A stretch of 64,000 nucleotides of DNA from the IMG/VR virus record IMGVR_UViG_3300045996_000607, positions 22,292 through 86,291 of that record. One strand, given 5' to 3'. The stretch's first letter is position 1. The number at the start of each line of letters is the position of its first letter. This document shows positions 9,453 to 17,941 of the stretch, piece by piece. Source of the DNA: a virus. Below the pieces are notes generated by a model. The model made no database searches and was not told where the DNA came from. It saw only the letters and a list, made by a program, of their open reading frames with translations. A program made the position numbers and the translations under genes.

Positions 9453-9901
9453 ACGCGCCGTGGCCCTTGCTCGAGGCGGGCATCATCACGCTCACCGTAC
9501 CCGGTGTGCCGGTCGCCAAGGGTCGCCCGAAGCTGACGACACGTGGCAAGTTCGCCCGTGCCTACACGCCGGCCAAGACGCGCCGCTACGAGGATCTGAT
9601 CAAGATCGCCGCAGCGGATGTGATGCAGGACTGTCCGCCGATCGAAGGCGCGCTGCTGCTCACCGTCACCGCCTATGTCCCCATGCCCAAGTCGCTGTCC
9701 AAGAAGGCACGTCTGGAGGCTCTGGAGGGCATCAGGAAGCCGGTCACCCGCCCCGATGCCGACAACTACGCCAAGGCCGCGCTGGATGGCTGCAACGGCG
9801 TCCTGTTCCGCGATGACAGCCAGGTCACCGACCTGATCGTCCGCAAGCGGTATTCCGAGCGTCCGCGGCTCGTCATCACACTGGAGCTCGATGCGCAATG
9901 A
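9449..9901 (+). CDS. rusA: RusA-family Holliday junction resolvase
   Basis: PVAKGRP...RPDADNYAKAALDGCNG..FRDDSQV. Confidence 0.9.
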   Translation: MNAPWPLLEAGIITLTVPGVPVAKGRPKLTTRGKFARAYTPAKTRRYEDLIKIAAADVMQDCPPIEGALLLTVTAYVPMPKSLSKKARLEALEGIRKPVTRPDADNYAKAALDGCNGVLFRDDSQVTDLIVRKRYSERPRLVITLELDAQ

Positions 9902-10572
9902 GCCGCTGGTTTCGCCATTATGCCGGGCTCGCCCGCGACGACAAGCTGGTCCGTGTTTCGATCAAATCGAAGCAATCCGTCGAGCGCGTCGTGTGGGTCT
10001 GGATCGCAATTTTGGAGAGCGCAGCCGAGATTGATGACGGTGGGCGCTTCGAGGTCGAAAAAGAGGAAATCGCCCGCTTCCTTCGATGCCCTGCCAGCAA
10101 GGTTGCCGCCGTTATTTCCGGTTTGGAGGACATCGGACGCCTCTCGGAGGGGAAAGTGGCAAAATGGGCGTCACGCCAGTTCCAAAGTGACCGTTCCGCA
10201 GCACGCACCAAGGCGTATCGCGAACGTCACCGTGACGGCGATGTGACGTCACAAGAACGTCGCAGTGACGCACCAGATAACAGAGACAGAGTACAGAGTT
10301 CCGAAGATAAATCTTCGGGCACGGTCGTGCCGCTTGTCGATCCTGAAAAGGTGATGTTCGACACTGGCCTTCGCTATCTCGCCGGCTGCGGCATTCCCGA
10401 AAGCAAGGCGCGTCCACAGCTCGGCAAATGGCGGCGGGATCATGGCGCCGGCGCGGTCATCGAGGCCCTCGGCGCAGCGCAGCGGCAGGGCGTGGTCGAC
10501 CCCATGGGCTGGATCGAAGGGCGGTGGCGGACCGAGAGGCAGAGCGCGCGGCAGCCGGTGGTCCCCCTATGA
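9898..10572 (+). CDS. Replication initiator (O-like), phage A
   Basis: RWFR N-terminus, internal iteron-like repeats, position upstream of the helicase. Confidence 0.7.
   Translation: MSRWFRHYAGLARDDKLVRVSIKSKQSVERVVWVWIAILESAAEIDDGGRFEVEKEEIARFLRCPASKVAAVISGLEDIGRLSEGKVAKWASRQFQSDRSAARTKAYRERHRDGDVTSQERRSDAPDNRDRVQSSEDKSSGTVVPLVDPEKVMFDTGLRYLAGCGIPESKARPQLGKWRRDHGAGAVIEALGAAQRQGVVDPMGWIEGRWRTERQSARQPVVPL
10225..10300. other. Putative replication origin of phage A
   Basis: GTGACG/CGTCAC repeats, palindrome TGTGACGTCACA (10242-10253), then an A/G-rich tract inside the initiator. Confidence 0.55.
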
Positions 10573-11084
10573 TCCACTGGAACCCGACGCGAGAGGGCAA
10601 GCAAACGTGCCCCGAATGCAGCGACAAGCGGAAACACAAGAAAGACAGGTGCTTGAGTGTCACACGAACCGACGAGGGATATGTCTGGTACTGCCACCAC
10701 TGCCAGTTCGCAGGCGGCACCGGCAATGCATCCGAAGCACGCGGCATGGATCGAAGCCCGCGGGATTTCCGCCGGGCTGGCAGCAAAGCTTGGGCTGGAG
10801 ACAGTCGACCGATCCGGCGCGAAGTGGTTGGCGGTTCCCTACGTGGAGCACGGCCGGACGGTGAACCACAAGTATCGGCTCACCTCCGAGAAGCGCCACA
10901 TGATGGACCCGGACGCGCCGCTGGTGCTCTGGAACCTCGACGGGCTGGAACGGGCAGCCGAGACTGGTCAACCATGGGTTCTCTGCGAGGGCGAGTGGGA
11001 TGCGATGGTGGCGCTCGATCTGGGCTGGGACGCCAGCTCGGTTCCCAACGGGGCGCCCTCCACGGAGAGCGACGACCCGGCTAA
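10569..11084 (+). CDS. Primase zinc-binding domain ORF (only the first ~52 codons look conserved)
   Basis: CPECS..RK...DRCLSV...WYCHHC, a Twinkle-type ZBD, out of frame with the Toprim-helicase. Confidence 0.6.
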   Translation: MIHWNPTREGKQTCPECSDKRKHKKDRCLSVTRTDEGYVWYCHHCQFAGGTGNASEARGMDRSPRDFRRAGSKAWAGDSRPIRREVVGGSLRGARPDGEPQVSAHLREAPHDGPGRAAGALEPRRAGTGSRDWSTMGSLRGRVGCDGGARSGLGRQLGSQRGALHGERRPG

Positions 11085-12162
11085 TGCCAAGCGCTACGAG
11101 TTTCTGTGGCGGGCTCGCGACCAGATAAACCGGGTATCGCGGATCGTTCTCGCGGTCGATGACGACGCAGCCGGCAAGGCACTGCGCGCGGACCTGATTG
11201 CGCTGCTCGGCGCCGATCGCTGCAGCTTCGTGGAGTACCCGTTCCCTGCCAAGGATCTGAACGAAGTCCTGCTCGAGCATGGCGCCGATGCGGTTCACAA
11301 GGCGCTGCGCGAAGCCAAGCCGGTCCCGGTCGAAGGCCTTTATCGGCTCAGCGACTTCCCCGACATGCCCGAGGTTCGCGGTATCCCGCTCGGCATCGAC
11401 GCGCTGGATGGCAAGATCGAGATCGTGGCCGGCACCCTCACGGTGTTCACCGGCTATGCCAACATGGGCAAGACGACCGTGACGAACACGATTGTAGCCC
11501 ATGCCATCATGCGCGGGTTCAACGTGTGCCTTGGCAGCTTCGAAACGCTTCCCAAGCCGATCCTTCGCGACCAGCTCGCACAGGCGCTCATCGGCTGCTC
11601 GCGCTACGAGTTCGCCGGGCATCCTCAACGCAAGGCGGCATACGAGACGCTGGAGAGGCAGATCCGCATCATCAGCAATTCGCTGAACGAGGATCTGGAG
11701 ATCGACATCAACGGCCTGCTTGAGCTCGCTCGCACTGCCGCAGTTCGCGACGGGTGCAAGCTGTTCATCTTCGACCCCTGGAACGAGGTCGAGCACAAGC
11801 GCCGCGGCGATGAGACTGTTACCGAGTATGTCGGCCGCGCCATTCGCGCAGTGAAGCGCTTTGCCCGGATGCACAACGTCGCGGTCTGGATCGTGGCGCA
11901 CCCGACCAAGCCGCAGAAGGGCGTCAACCAGATGCCCAGCCTGTACGACGTCTCGGACTCCGCGAATTGGTCGAACAAGGCCGATTACGGGCTGGTCTAT
12001 CACCGCAAGGACAAGACCAGGAACGAGGCCCAGCTTGCCGTCGTGAAGGTCCGCATGGGCCTCCCGGGCGAGTGCTGCTGCGAGACGGTGTTTCTGGATC
12101 AGCGCACGGGCCGGATTGCCGGTTCGCACCCCCTCCCCGACAGCATGAAGGAACAGGCATGA
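10726..12162 (+). CDS. Twinkle/T7 gp4-like Toprim primase + SF4 helicase
   Basis: CEGEWDAM, AVDDDAAG and KDLNE (Toprim); GYANMGKT Walker A, IFDPWN, VAHPTK. Confidence 0.9.
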   Translation: MHPKHAAWIEARGISAGLAAKLGLETVDRSGAKWLAVPYVEHGRTVNHKYRLTSEKRHMMDPDAPLVLWNLDGLERAAETGQPWVLCEGEWDAMVALDLGWDASSVPNGAPSTESDDPANAKRYEFLWRARDQINRVSRIVLAVDDDAAGKALRADLIALLGADRCSFVEYPFPAKDLNEVLLEHGADAVHKALREAKPVPVEGLYRLSDFPDMPEVRGIPLGIDALDGKIEIVAGTLTVFTGYANMGKTTVTNTIVAHAIMRGFNVCLGSFETLPKPILRDQLAQALIGCSRYEFAGHPQRKAAYETLERQIRIISNSLNEDLEIDINGLLELARTAAVRDGCKLFIFDPWNEVEHKRRGDETVTEYVGRAIRAVKRFARMHNVAVWIVAHPTKPQKGVNQMPSLYDVSDSANWSNKADYGLVYHRKDKTRNEAQLAVVKVRMGLPGECCCETVFLDQRTGRIAGSHPLPDSMKEQA

Positions 12163-12166
12163 GCGA
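12131..12166 (+). repeat. Shared linker L4 (copy at 56466-56501)
   Basis: 36-bp identical CCCTCCCCGACAGCATGAAGGAACAGGCATGAGCGA. Confidence 0.9.
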
Positions 12167-12497
12167 ACTAGCTTCAGCCGAGTGGCCGTTTAGCGGTCTG
12201 ACAAACGCGGAGATCGAGCGCCTCGACATGCTTTCGGAGGAGGCCGCGGAAATCATCGTGGCGGTGTCCAAGATCAAACGGCACGGTCCGTACAGCTACA
12301 ACCCGGACAAGCCCGACGATGGCGACAACGCGGCCCAGCTGAACAGCGAGATATCAGACTTGTTCGGGGTGTTGCTCGGAATGGCAGAGGCCGGGGACCC
12401 ATTTCATGTCGGCAGCATCGCCCAGCATCGCGCAGCTTGGACGAAAAAACTTCGGTACTCACACCATCAGGAGAACGCCCGTGCCCATGTATCGTAA
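12159..12497 (+). CDS. MazG-like nucleotide pyrophosphohydrolase
   Basis: LSEEAAE...K..RHG...NSEISDL (ExxE...ExxD). Confidence 0.65.
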   Translation: MSELASAEWPFSGLTNAEIERLDMLSEEAAEIIVAVSKIKRHGPYSYNPDKPDDGDNAAQLNSEISDLFGVLLGMAEAGDPFHVGSIAQHRAAWTKKLRYSHHQENARAHVS

Positions 12498-12744
12498 AAC
12501 CGCGCTCGTTGAAGCTGAGCAGTTCTTGCCGAGCGAAGGCAAAATCCCCGCTGGTGTTATCTCTGACGGCCTCGGCGACCCACTCAAGGACAACCGCTTT
12601 TCGTTCGTGCTCCAAACGCTGGAAGGTCAACACACCCTCCGCAACGGGGATTACATCTGCACCGGGCCCGCTGGCGAAAAGTGGAACGTCGAGCGCAGCA
12701 TCTTCGAGGCGACCTATGAGCTAGCTGCGGACACCCCCGCATGA
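12487..12744 (+). CDS. Widespread small phage protein (TLEG...GDY...GE...IF..TYE)
   Basis: Recognisable motif; function uncertain. Confidence 0.7.
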   Translation: MYRKTALVEAEQFLPSEGKIPAGVISDGLGDPLKDNRFSFVLQTLEGQHTLRNGDYICTGPAGEKWNVERSIFEATYELAADTPA

Positions 12745-12778
12745 CCGCCATCATCGCAGCAATCGTGGCGAGAGTAGC

Positions 12779-12973
12779 ATGAGCATCCTCTGCCGCTTCG
12801 GCATCCATCGCTACGGCGAGCCCACCTACGACGGCCCGTACAACCTTGGCGACGGCTTCGAGCGGACATTCGGAAACATGCTCATGATCGAGAAGTGCAC
12901 GCGCTGCCCGAAGAAGCGGACCACGCGGTTCTATCTGCCGGTGCTGGCTTCATGGAACAGGAGGAAGGGGTGA
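12779..12973 (+). CDS. Small protein with CRFGIH / CTRC Zn motif (DUF1660-like)
   Basis: Ends in linker L6. Confidence 0.6.
   Translation: MSILCRFGIHRYGEPTYDGPYNLGDGFERTFGNMLMIEKCTRCPKKRTTRFYLPVLASWNRRKG
12942..12973 (+). repeat. Shared linker L6 (copy at 56893-56924)
   Basis: 32-bp identical TGCTGGCTTCATGGAACAGGAGGAAGGGGTGA. Confidence 0.9.
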
Positions 12974-13218
12974 GCGAGATGGAGTGGTTCTTCGACTGCC
13001 CGCAATGTGGGCACATCGGCACCATGGCAGACATGCGCGAGCACCCTACTCGCCCAGTCGCAATGGACCTTGGCTTCTGCCCGAAATGCGGAGGCGAGAT
13101 CGAGGAGTTGATCTCTGAGGATCAGGTTCGCGCGCTGATGATCGAGTATGGCGACGATCCTGATGCCGAGATGGCCGCGATCAAAGCCAACCCCCGCAAA
13201 CCACCGGCGCAGGAGTGA
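12970..13218 (+). CDS. Small Zn-ribbon protein
   Basis: CPQCG...CPKCG; lies between L6 and L7. Confidence 0.65.
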   Translation: MSEMEWFFDCPQCGHIGTMADMREHPTRPVAMDLGFCPKCGGEIEELISEDQVRALMIEYGDDPDAEMAAIKANPRKPPAQE

Positions 13219-13251
13219 GTGATGGCGCGTAAACTAGGCGGCTCTAGGCCG
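13191..13251 (+). repeat. Shared linker L7 (copy at 57112-57172)
   Basis: 61-bp identical CCCCCGCAAACCACCGG...GGCTCTAGGCCG. Confidence 0.9.
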
Positions 13252-13379
13252 GTCACGCTCCGAAATGCCTCAAAACTGCCCAACGCAGGCCACTGGACGC
13301 GATTTGAGGGTGAAGTGGGACAATCCCTCACAATCAGCGCGAACACGCCACACGGGCTTTAAAATCGAAAGGACGGGAT

Positions 13380-13925
13380 ATGGGTCGCCACGCAAAGCGC
13401 AAGCCGATGAAAGCCAAGGGTCCGCCCGTTGTCATGGTGACGGGTATCGACGCGACTCCGGAACGCCTCGCCAAGGACCCGGACAACGACATCGTGCCGG
13501 CCGGCATCGAGAAGCTTGGCGAGCGGCAGGGCAAGGCGCGGCAGTTCCGCGCCACGCACCTCGATCGCCTGCACAAGTCGGGCAACCTGAGCTACCTGCA
13601 GTGGTACGCCGGCAACGTGTACCGCGAGACGCATGCCCGCTGCCATTTCGCGCTGTCGGTGGTCGCCAGCTACGGCGAGCGCTCCGGGGCAGCCGAACAC
13701 CCGGGCAACTTCGGCTTCGGGTTGCCACGGCAGGAAGCGCAGGTCAGGGCACGCGACCAGATGCGGCTGATGCGCAGCGAGTTTCCCCGTGAGCTGCAGG
13801 GGTTCATGGACCGTCTGCTGATCCATGACAGCATGCCGCGCTATGCCGGACGGGCCGCAATGCGGAACATGGCCGAGATCCGCAAAGGGCTGGATGCACT
13901 CGCGTTGTATCTGCGCTTGACGTGA
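13380..13925 (+). CDS. Putative late-gene regulator (Q-like by position), phage A
   Basis: Last early gene before promoter/terminator and terS; duplicated in phage B. Confidence 0.6.
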   Translation: MGRHAKRKPMKAKGPPVVMVTGIDATPERLAKDPDNDIVPAGIEKLGERQGKARQFRATHLDRLHKSGNLSYLQWYAGNVYRETHARCHFALSVVASYGERSGAAEHPGNFGFGLPRQEAQVRARDQMRLMRSEFPRELQGFMDRLLIHDSMPRYAGRAAMRNMAEIRKGLDALALYLRLT

Positions 13926-13972
13926 CCGGAAAATTCGGGCATGGAATCCCACAAGTTGGCGAATTGCGCCAA
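13917..13972 (+). promoter_or_regulatory. Putative late promoter (pR'-like) and short hairpin
   Basis: TTGACG at the end of the Q-like gene; TTGGCG-aattg-CGCCAA hairpin; identical at 58430-58485. Confidence 0.5.
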
Positions 13973-13973
13973 T

Positions 13974-14000
13974 AAGGGCTCGCTTCGGCGGGCCTTTTTC
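13974..14000 (+). terminator. Intrinsic terminator (tR'-like)
   Basis: AAGGGCTCGC-TTCG-GCGGGCCTTTTT. Confidence 0.75.
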
Positions 14001-14110
14001 GTTTCAGCGCGCGTCCCCTGCGCTGACCCCGCCCGACCCCGATCCGCAGACGCACTGATGCACCAGCTGCGCGAAGGCCGTCGGGCGGGACATATTCGAG
14101 GAGCATTGGC

Positions 14111-14275
14111 ATGGTTAGCCTTCTGATCACGCTGCTGGTCGCAATCCTCATCGTGGCCGTGCTGTTCTACGCCGTCGACTTGCTCGGCATGGACGGGCGC
14201 CTGTCGAACCTGCTGAAGCTTGTCGTGATCGTGCTCGCACTGGTCGTCGTGCTTCAGCGGAGCGGTGTGGTCTGA
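14111..14275 (+). CDS. Small two-TM membrane protein (54 aa), absent from phage B
   Basis: GAGGAG RBS; MVSLLITLLVAILIVAVLFYAVDLL...; below the ORF-track cutoff. Confidence 0.7.
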   Translation: MVSLLITLLVAILIVAVLFYAVDLLGMDGRLSNLLKLVVIVLALVVVLQRSGVV

Positions 14276-14278
14276 GCC

Positions 14279-14590
14279 ATGCCTGTCTTCGATGCGGACA
14301 ACCAGCCTGAGAACAAGGGAAATGCCGGCAAAGGCCGCCCCAAGGGCTCGGTCAACAAGGCCACCAAGGCGATCAAGGAGATGATCCTTCAGGCGCTGGA
14401 CGAGGCGCACCCTGATGGTGGCGTCGCGTACCTGAAGAAGCAGGCCAACGAGCAGCCGGTCGCGTTTATGGGTTTGCTCGCCAAGGTGATGCCGACGCAG
14501 GTTGAGGGCGCGGGAGAAAACGGCGAACACCTCATCCATACGATCGTGCGCGAAGTTGTCCGGCCGAACGCTCAGCATACCGACAGCTGA
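14279..14590 (+). CDS. terS: Terminase small subunit, phage A
   Basis: GKGRPKGSVNK motif; directly upstream of terL. Confidence 0.8.
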   Translation: MPVFDADNQPENKGNAGKGRPKGSVNKATKAIKEMILQALDEAHPDGGVAYLKKQANEQPVAFMGLLAKVMPTQVEGAGENGEHLIHTIVREVVRPNAQHTDS

Positions 14591-15860
14591 GGTCTTCGAA
14601 CCGCTTCTCGCCGATGCGCGGGACAAGGCGGCATACGGGGGCCGCGGCTCAGGGAAGTCGCATTTCTTCGGCGGGCTAATGGTTGAGGACTGCCTTGCCG
14701 AGCCCGGACAGGCAGCGGGCGAGGGCCTGAGGTGTGTTTGTATCCGCGAGGTGCAGAAGGATCTGGCGCAGTCGAGCAAGGCGCTGATCGAGCAGAAATT
14801 GAGCGACTTCAGGCTGACCCAAGCGGATGGGTTCAAGGTGTTCCGGGACGTGATCACCACCCCGGGTGATGGCATTATCATCTTCAAGGGCATGCAGGAC
14901 TACACCGCTGACAGCATCAAGTCGCTGGAAGGGTTCAAGCGGGCATGGTGGGAAGAGGCCCAAGGCGCCACGCAGCATTCGATCAACCTGCTTCGCCCGA
15001 CCATTCGTGCGCCTGGCTCCCAGCGGTGGTGGAGCTGGAACCCGCGACGGCCGATTGATCCCGTCGACCAGATGTTTCGCGGTGCGGAGAAACCAACCGG
15101 CGCCGTCGTGGTGCAGGCGAACTGGCGGGACAATCCGTGGTTCACCTCGGAGCTTGAGCAGGAGCGCGTTGATGGTCTCCGGATGCAGCCCGACCAGTAC
15201 GGGCACATCTGGGACGGCGAGTACGTGACGGTTGTGGAAGGCGCATACTTCGCCAAGGAACTGAATGCAGCGAAGGCCGCAGGCCGGATTGCCAACGTCG
15301 CGCCGGACCCGCTGATGACCTACCGCGCGTTTTGGGACATCGGCGGCACGGGCGCACGGGCCGATTCCTGCTCGATCTGGATAGCCCAGTATGTGGGCCG
15401 CGAGATCCGCGTGCTGGATTATTACGAAGCGCAGGGACAGCCACTTGCTACCCACGTTCAGTGGTTGCGCGAGGAAGGCTATGGTAAGGCCCTTTGTGTG
15501 TTGCCGCACGATGGTGAGACTAACGATCGGGTCCACGATGTCAGCTTCGAAAGCGCATTGAAGGCTGCCGGGTTTGATGTCGTCGTAATACCCAATCAGG
15601 GCAAGGGCGCGGCCAAGATGCGGGTTGAATCGGCACGCAGGCTATTCCCGTCGATCTGGTTCAACAGGGCAACCACCGAGGGCGGCCGACAGGCGCTTGG
15701 CTGGTATCACGAGAAGAAGGACGAGGCGCGCAACATCGGCCTCGGCCCGGAGCACGACTGGTCCAGCCACGGGGCTGATGCCTTCGGCCTGATGTGCGTC
15801 GCCTATGAGGCGCCGAAGCAGGCACAGACAATCAATTACGAGAAGAGGGGCATCGCATGA
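14556..15860 (+). CDS. terL: Terminase large subunit (PBSX-like), phage A
   Basis: GGRGSGKS Walker A, WWEEAQ Walker B, SWNP, WDIG, HGADAF; likely TTG start at 14556. Confidence 0.95.
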   Translation: MSGRTLSIPTAEVFEPLLADARDKAAYGGRGSGKSHFFGGLMVEDCLAEPGQAAGEGLRCVCIREVQKDLAQSSKALIEQKLSDFRLTQADGFKVFRDVITTPGDGIIIFKGMQDYTADSIKSLEGFKRAWWEEAQGATQHSINLLRPTIRAPGSQRWWSWNPRRPIDPVDQMFRGAEKPTGAVVVQANWRDNPWFTSELEQERVDGLRMQPDQYGHIWDGEYVTVVEGAYFAKELNAAKAAGRIANVAPDPLMTYRAFWDIGGTGARADSCSIWIAQYVGREIRVLDYYEAQGQPLATHVQWLREEGYGKALCVLPHDGETNDRVHDVSFESALKAAGFDVVVIPNQGKGAAKMRVESARRLFPSIWFNRATTEGGRQALGWYHEKKDEARNIGLGPEHDWSSHGADAFGLMCVAYEAPKQAQTINYEKRGIA

Positions 15861-17941
15861 GGGAGGACGCCCCCGATCTGCTCGCATACCTGCAGTCCGA
15901 GGCCGAGCGCGCCAAGGATACATCGCTGGACGATCAGCGGGCCGTCGCCCTCGATTATTACAACGGCGAGCTATTCGGTGATGAGCTTGAGGGGCGCTCG
16001 CAGCTGGTGACGCGCGATGTTGCCGAAGTGGTCGACCAGCAGGTTATCGAAGTCCTGCGCACGATGGTGTCCGGCGATCATGTCGTTGAGTTCGACGGCG
16101 AAGGCGAAGATGGCGAGGACTTCGGCCAGCACGCGACAGAGGCGGTCCAATACCAGTTCATGCGCAAGCAGAACGGCTATCGGGTGCTTCACGACAGCCT
16201 GAAGGCAGGCCTGCTCGAGAAGACCGGGATCGTAAAGAGCTGGGTGCAGCGCAAGTTCAAGATCGAGACGGGCGAAGTGCCGATCGACATGCTGCTCGAG
16301 GTGCAGGCCAACCCGGAGTTTGGGGAGGTGCTGGCCGCCGAACCAATCGATGAGCTGGACGAGTTCGAAGGGCTGTGGAAGGTCCGTGTCCGCGTTGAGC
16401 AGCCGCCGCAGTTTCGCGATATGGCCGTTCCGAACGAGGAGTTCCGGATTGCGCCGGATGCGCGGTCACTCGATGATGCTGCCTACATTGCCCATGTGAC
16501 GGAAAAGAGCCTGTCCGAACTGATCGAGATGGGCTTCCCGATTGACAAGGTGAATGAGCTGTGGGGCGACAACCCCTCCTCTACCACTCTTGCAAACGCT
16601 CGCGATGCCGGCGCTACGAGCCGTGAGGTAGCGCGGCCCGGCAACCAGCGCCGCCTGTGGCTCTATGAAGAATATGTCCGCTACGATGCCAATGGCGACG
16701 GCTACGATGAGTTGCTGTGCGTGCATCGCATCGGCACGACGATCCTTTCGGTCGAGGAAGTAGAGGAGCAGCCATTCTCGGGATGGACCCCCTTCCCGAT
16801 GCAGCACCGGTTCATTGGCCAGTCATCTGCCGACAAGACCATGGACATCCAGCGCACGCGATCGGTGATGTTGCGCCAGGCGATGGACAATCTGTACCTG
16901 TCCAACTCGCCGCGGGTAGCTGTCGATGAAGTGGGCATGACGGCGGATACGATAAGCGACCTCCTGACCGTCCGTCCCGGCGCGCTGGTGCGCTACAAGG
17001 GTGGTCAGGCGCCCGTACCCTTTGCGGTTCCGTTCGTTGCCGGCCACGCCTTTGAGGCCATGGAGATGATGACCGCCGAGCGCGAGTCCCGCACGGGCGT
17101 CACGCGGCACAATCAGGGGCTGAACCCCGACACGCTGAACAAGACGGCTTCGGGCATGGCGATGCTGCAGCAGGCCGGCGATCAGGTGGGCGAATATGTC
17201 GCTCGCAACTTCGCGGAAGATCTGGTCGCCCCGATGTTCGCCAAGCGCTACCGGCTGATGCGCAAGTTCGGGCAACCGTTCAGCATGAAGATCGACGGTA
17301 CGCGGGTGGAGATCGACCCGCGCACATGGCCCGAAGAGATCGACATGCTGATCAACGTTGGGCTCGGCACCGGCCGCAAGGATCAGCGCCTCGCCTACCG
17401 TGTCCAGCTGCTCGACTTCCAGAAGGAGGCCTATGCTGCCGGCTCACCGCTGGTGAATGAGGACAAGATCTTCAACAATGTCCGCGGCATGATCAAGGAT
17501 GCGTCGCTGGGCAGCCCCTCCGACTATCTGGTCGACCCAGAAACGCTGAAGGACCCTGAAACCGGCGAGATGCCGCAGCGTCCTGACCCGCAGGCGGCAC
17601 AGGCGGAGGCGCAGGCAGCGATTGAGGCCCAGAAGCTGGCAGGCGAGCAAGCCGAACAGGAGCGGCAGGCGCAGATCAAGATGCGGTCGGTCGAGATTGA
17701 CGGCGAGATCCGCACCATTGGTGCGCAGGCGGACGCGGAGACCAAGCGGGCATCGGCCGAACTGGACGCACAGCTGCGCCGCGACAAGGCGGCGGAAGAG
17801 GCGCGGCTTGCTCAGGACAAGATGATATTCGAGATGGGAATGGCCGAGGAGCGGTTCGAGTTCGAGAAGACCTTGAAGCAGGCACCGCAAGAGGGTTCGG
17901 GCGTTAACGGCTTCAGGCCGGGCGGAGATCTCGCGCAATGA
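15857..17941 (+). CDS. Portal protein (podovirus type), phage A
   Basis: Follows terL; 694 aa with C-terminal coiled coil; homologous to 61058-62935. Confidence 0.85.
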   Translation: MREDAPDLLAYLQSEAERAKDTSLDDQRAVALDYYNGELFGDELEGRSQLVTRDVAEVVDQQVIEVLRTMVSGDHVVEFDGEGEDGEDFGQHATEAVQYQFMRKQNGYRVLHDSLKAGLLEKTGIVKSWVQRKFKIETGEVPIDMLLEVQANPEFGEVLAAEPIDELDEFEGLWKVRVRVEQPPQFRDMAVPNEEFRIAPDARSLDDAAYIAHVTEKSLSELIEMGFPIDKVNELWGDNPSSTTLANARDAGATSREVARPGNQRRLWLYEEYVRYDANGDGYDELLCVHRIGTTILSVEEVEEQPFSGWTPFPMQHRFIGQSSADKTMDIQRTRSVMLRQAMDNLYLSNSPRVAVDEVGMTADTISDLLTVRPGALVRYKGGQAPVPFAVPFVAGHAFEAMEMMTAERESRTGVTRHNQGLNPDTLNKTASGMAMLQQAGDQVGEYVARNFAEDLVAPMFAKRYRLMRKFGQPFSMKIDGTRVEIDPRTWPEEIDMLINVGLGTGRKDQRLAYRVQLLDFQKEAYAAGSPLVNEDKIFNNVRGMIKDASLGSPSDYLVDPETLKDPETGEMPQRPDPQAAQAEAQAAIEAQKLAGEQAEQERQAQIKMRSVEIDGEIRTIGAQADAETKRASAELDAQLRRDKAAEEARLAQDKMIFEMGMAEERFEFEKTLKQAPQEGSGVNGFRPGGDLAQ

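Larger units (their letters stand above)
13335..14096 (+). repeat. Long direct repeat: Q-like gene + late control region (copy ~57848-58609)
   Basis: Offset 44,513 bp; the two 181-aa proteins differ at only a handful of residues. Confidence 0.9.
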
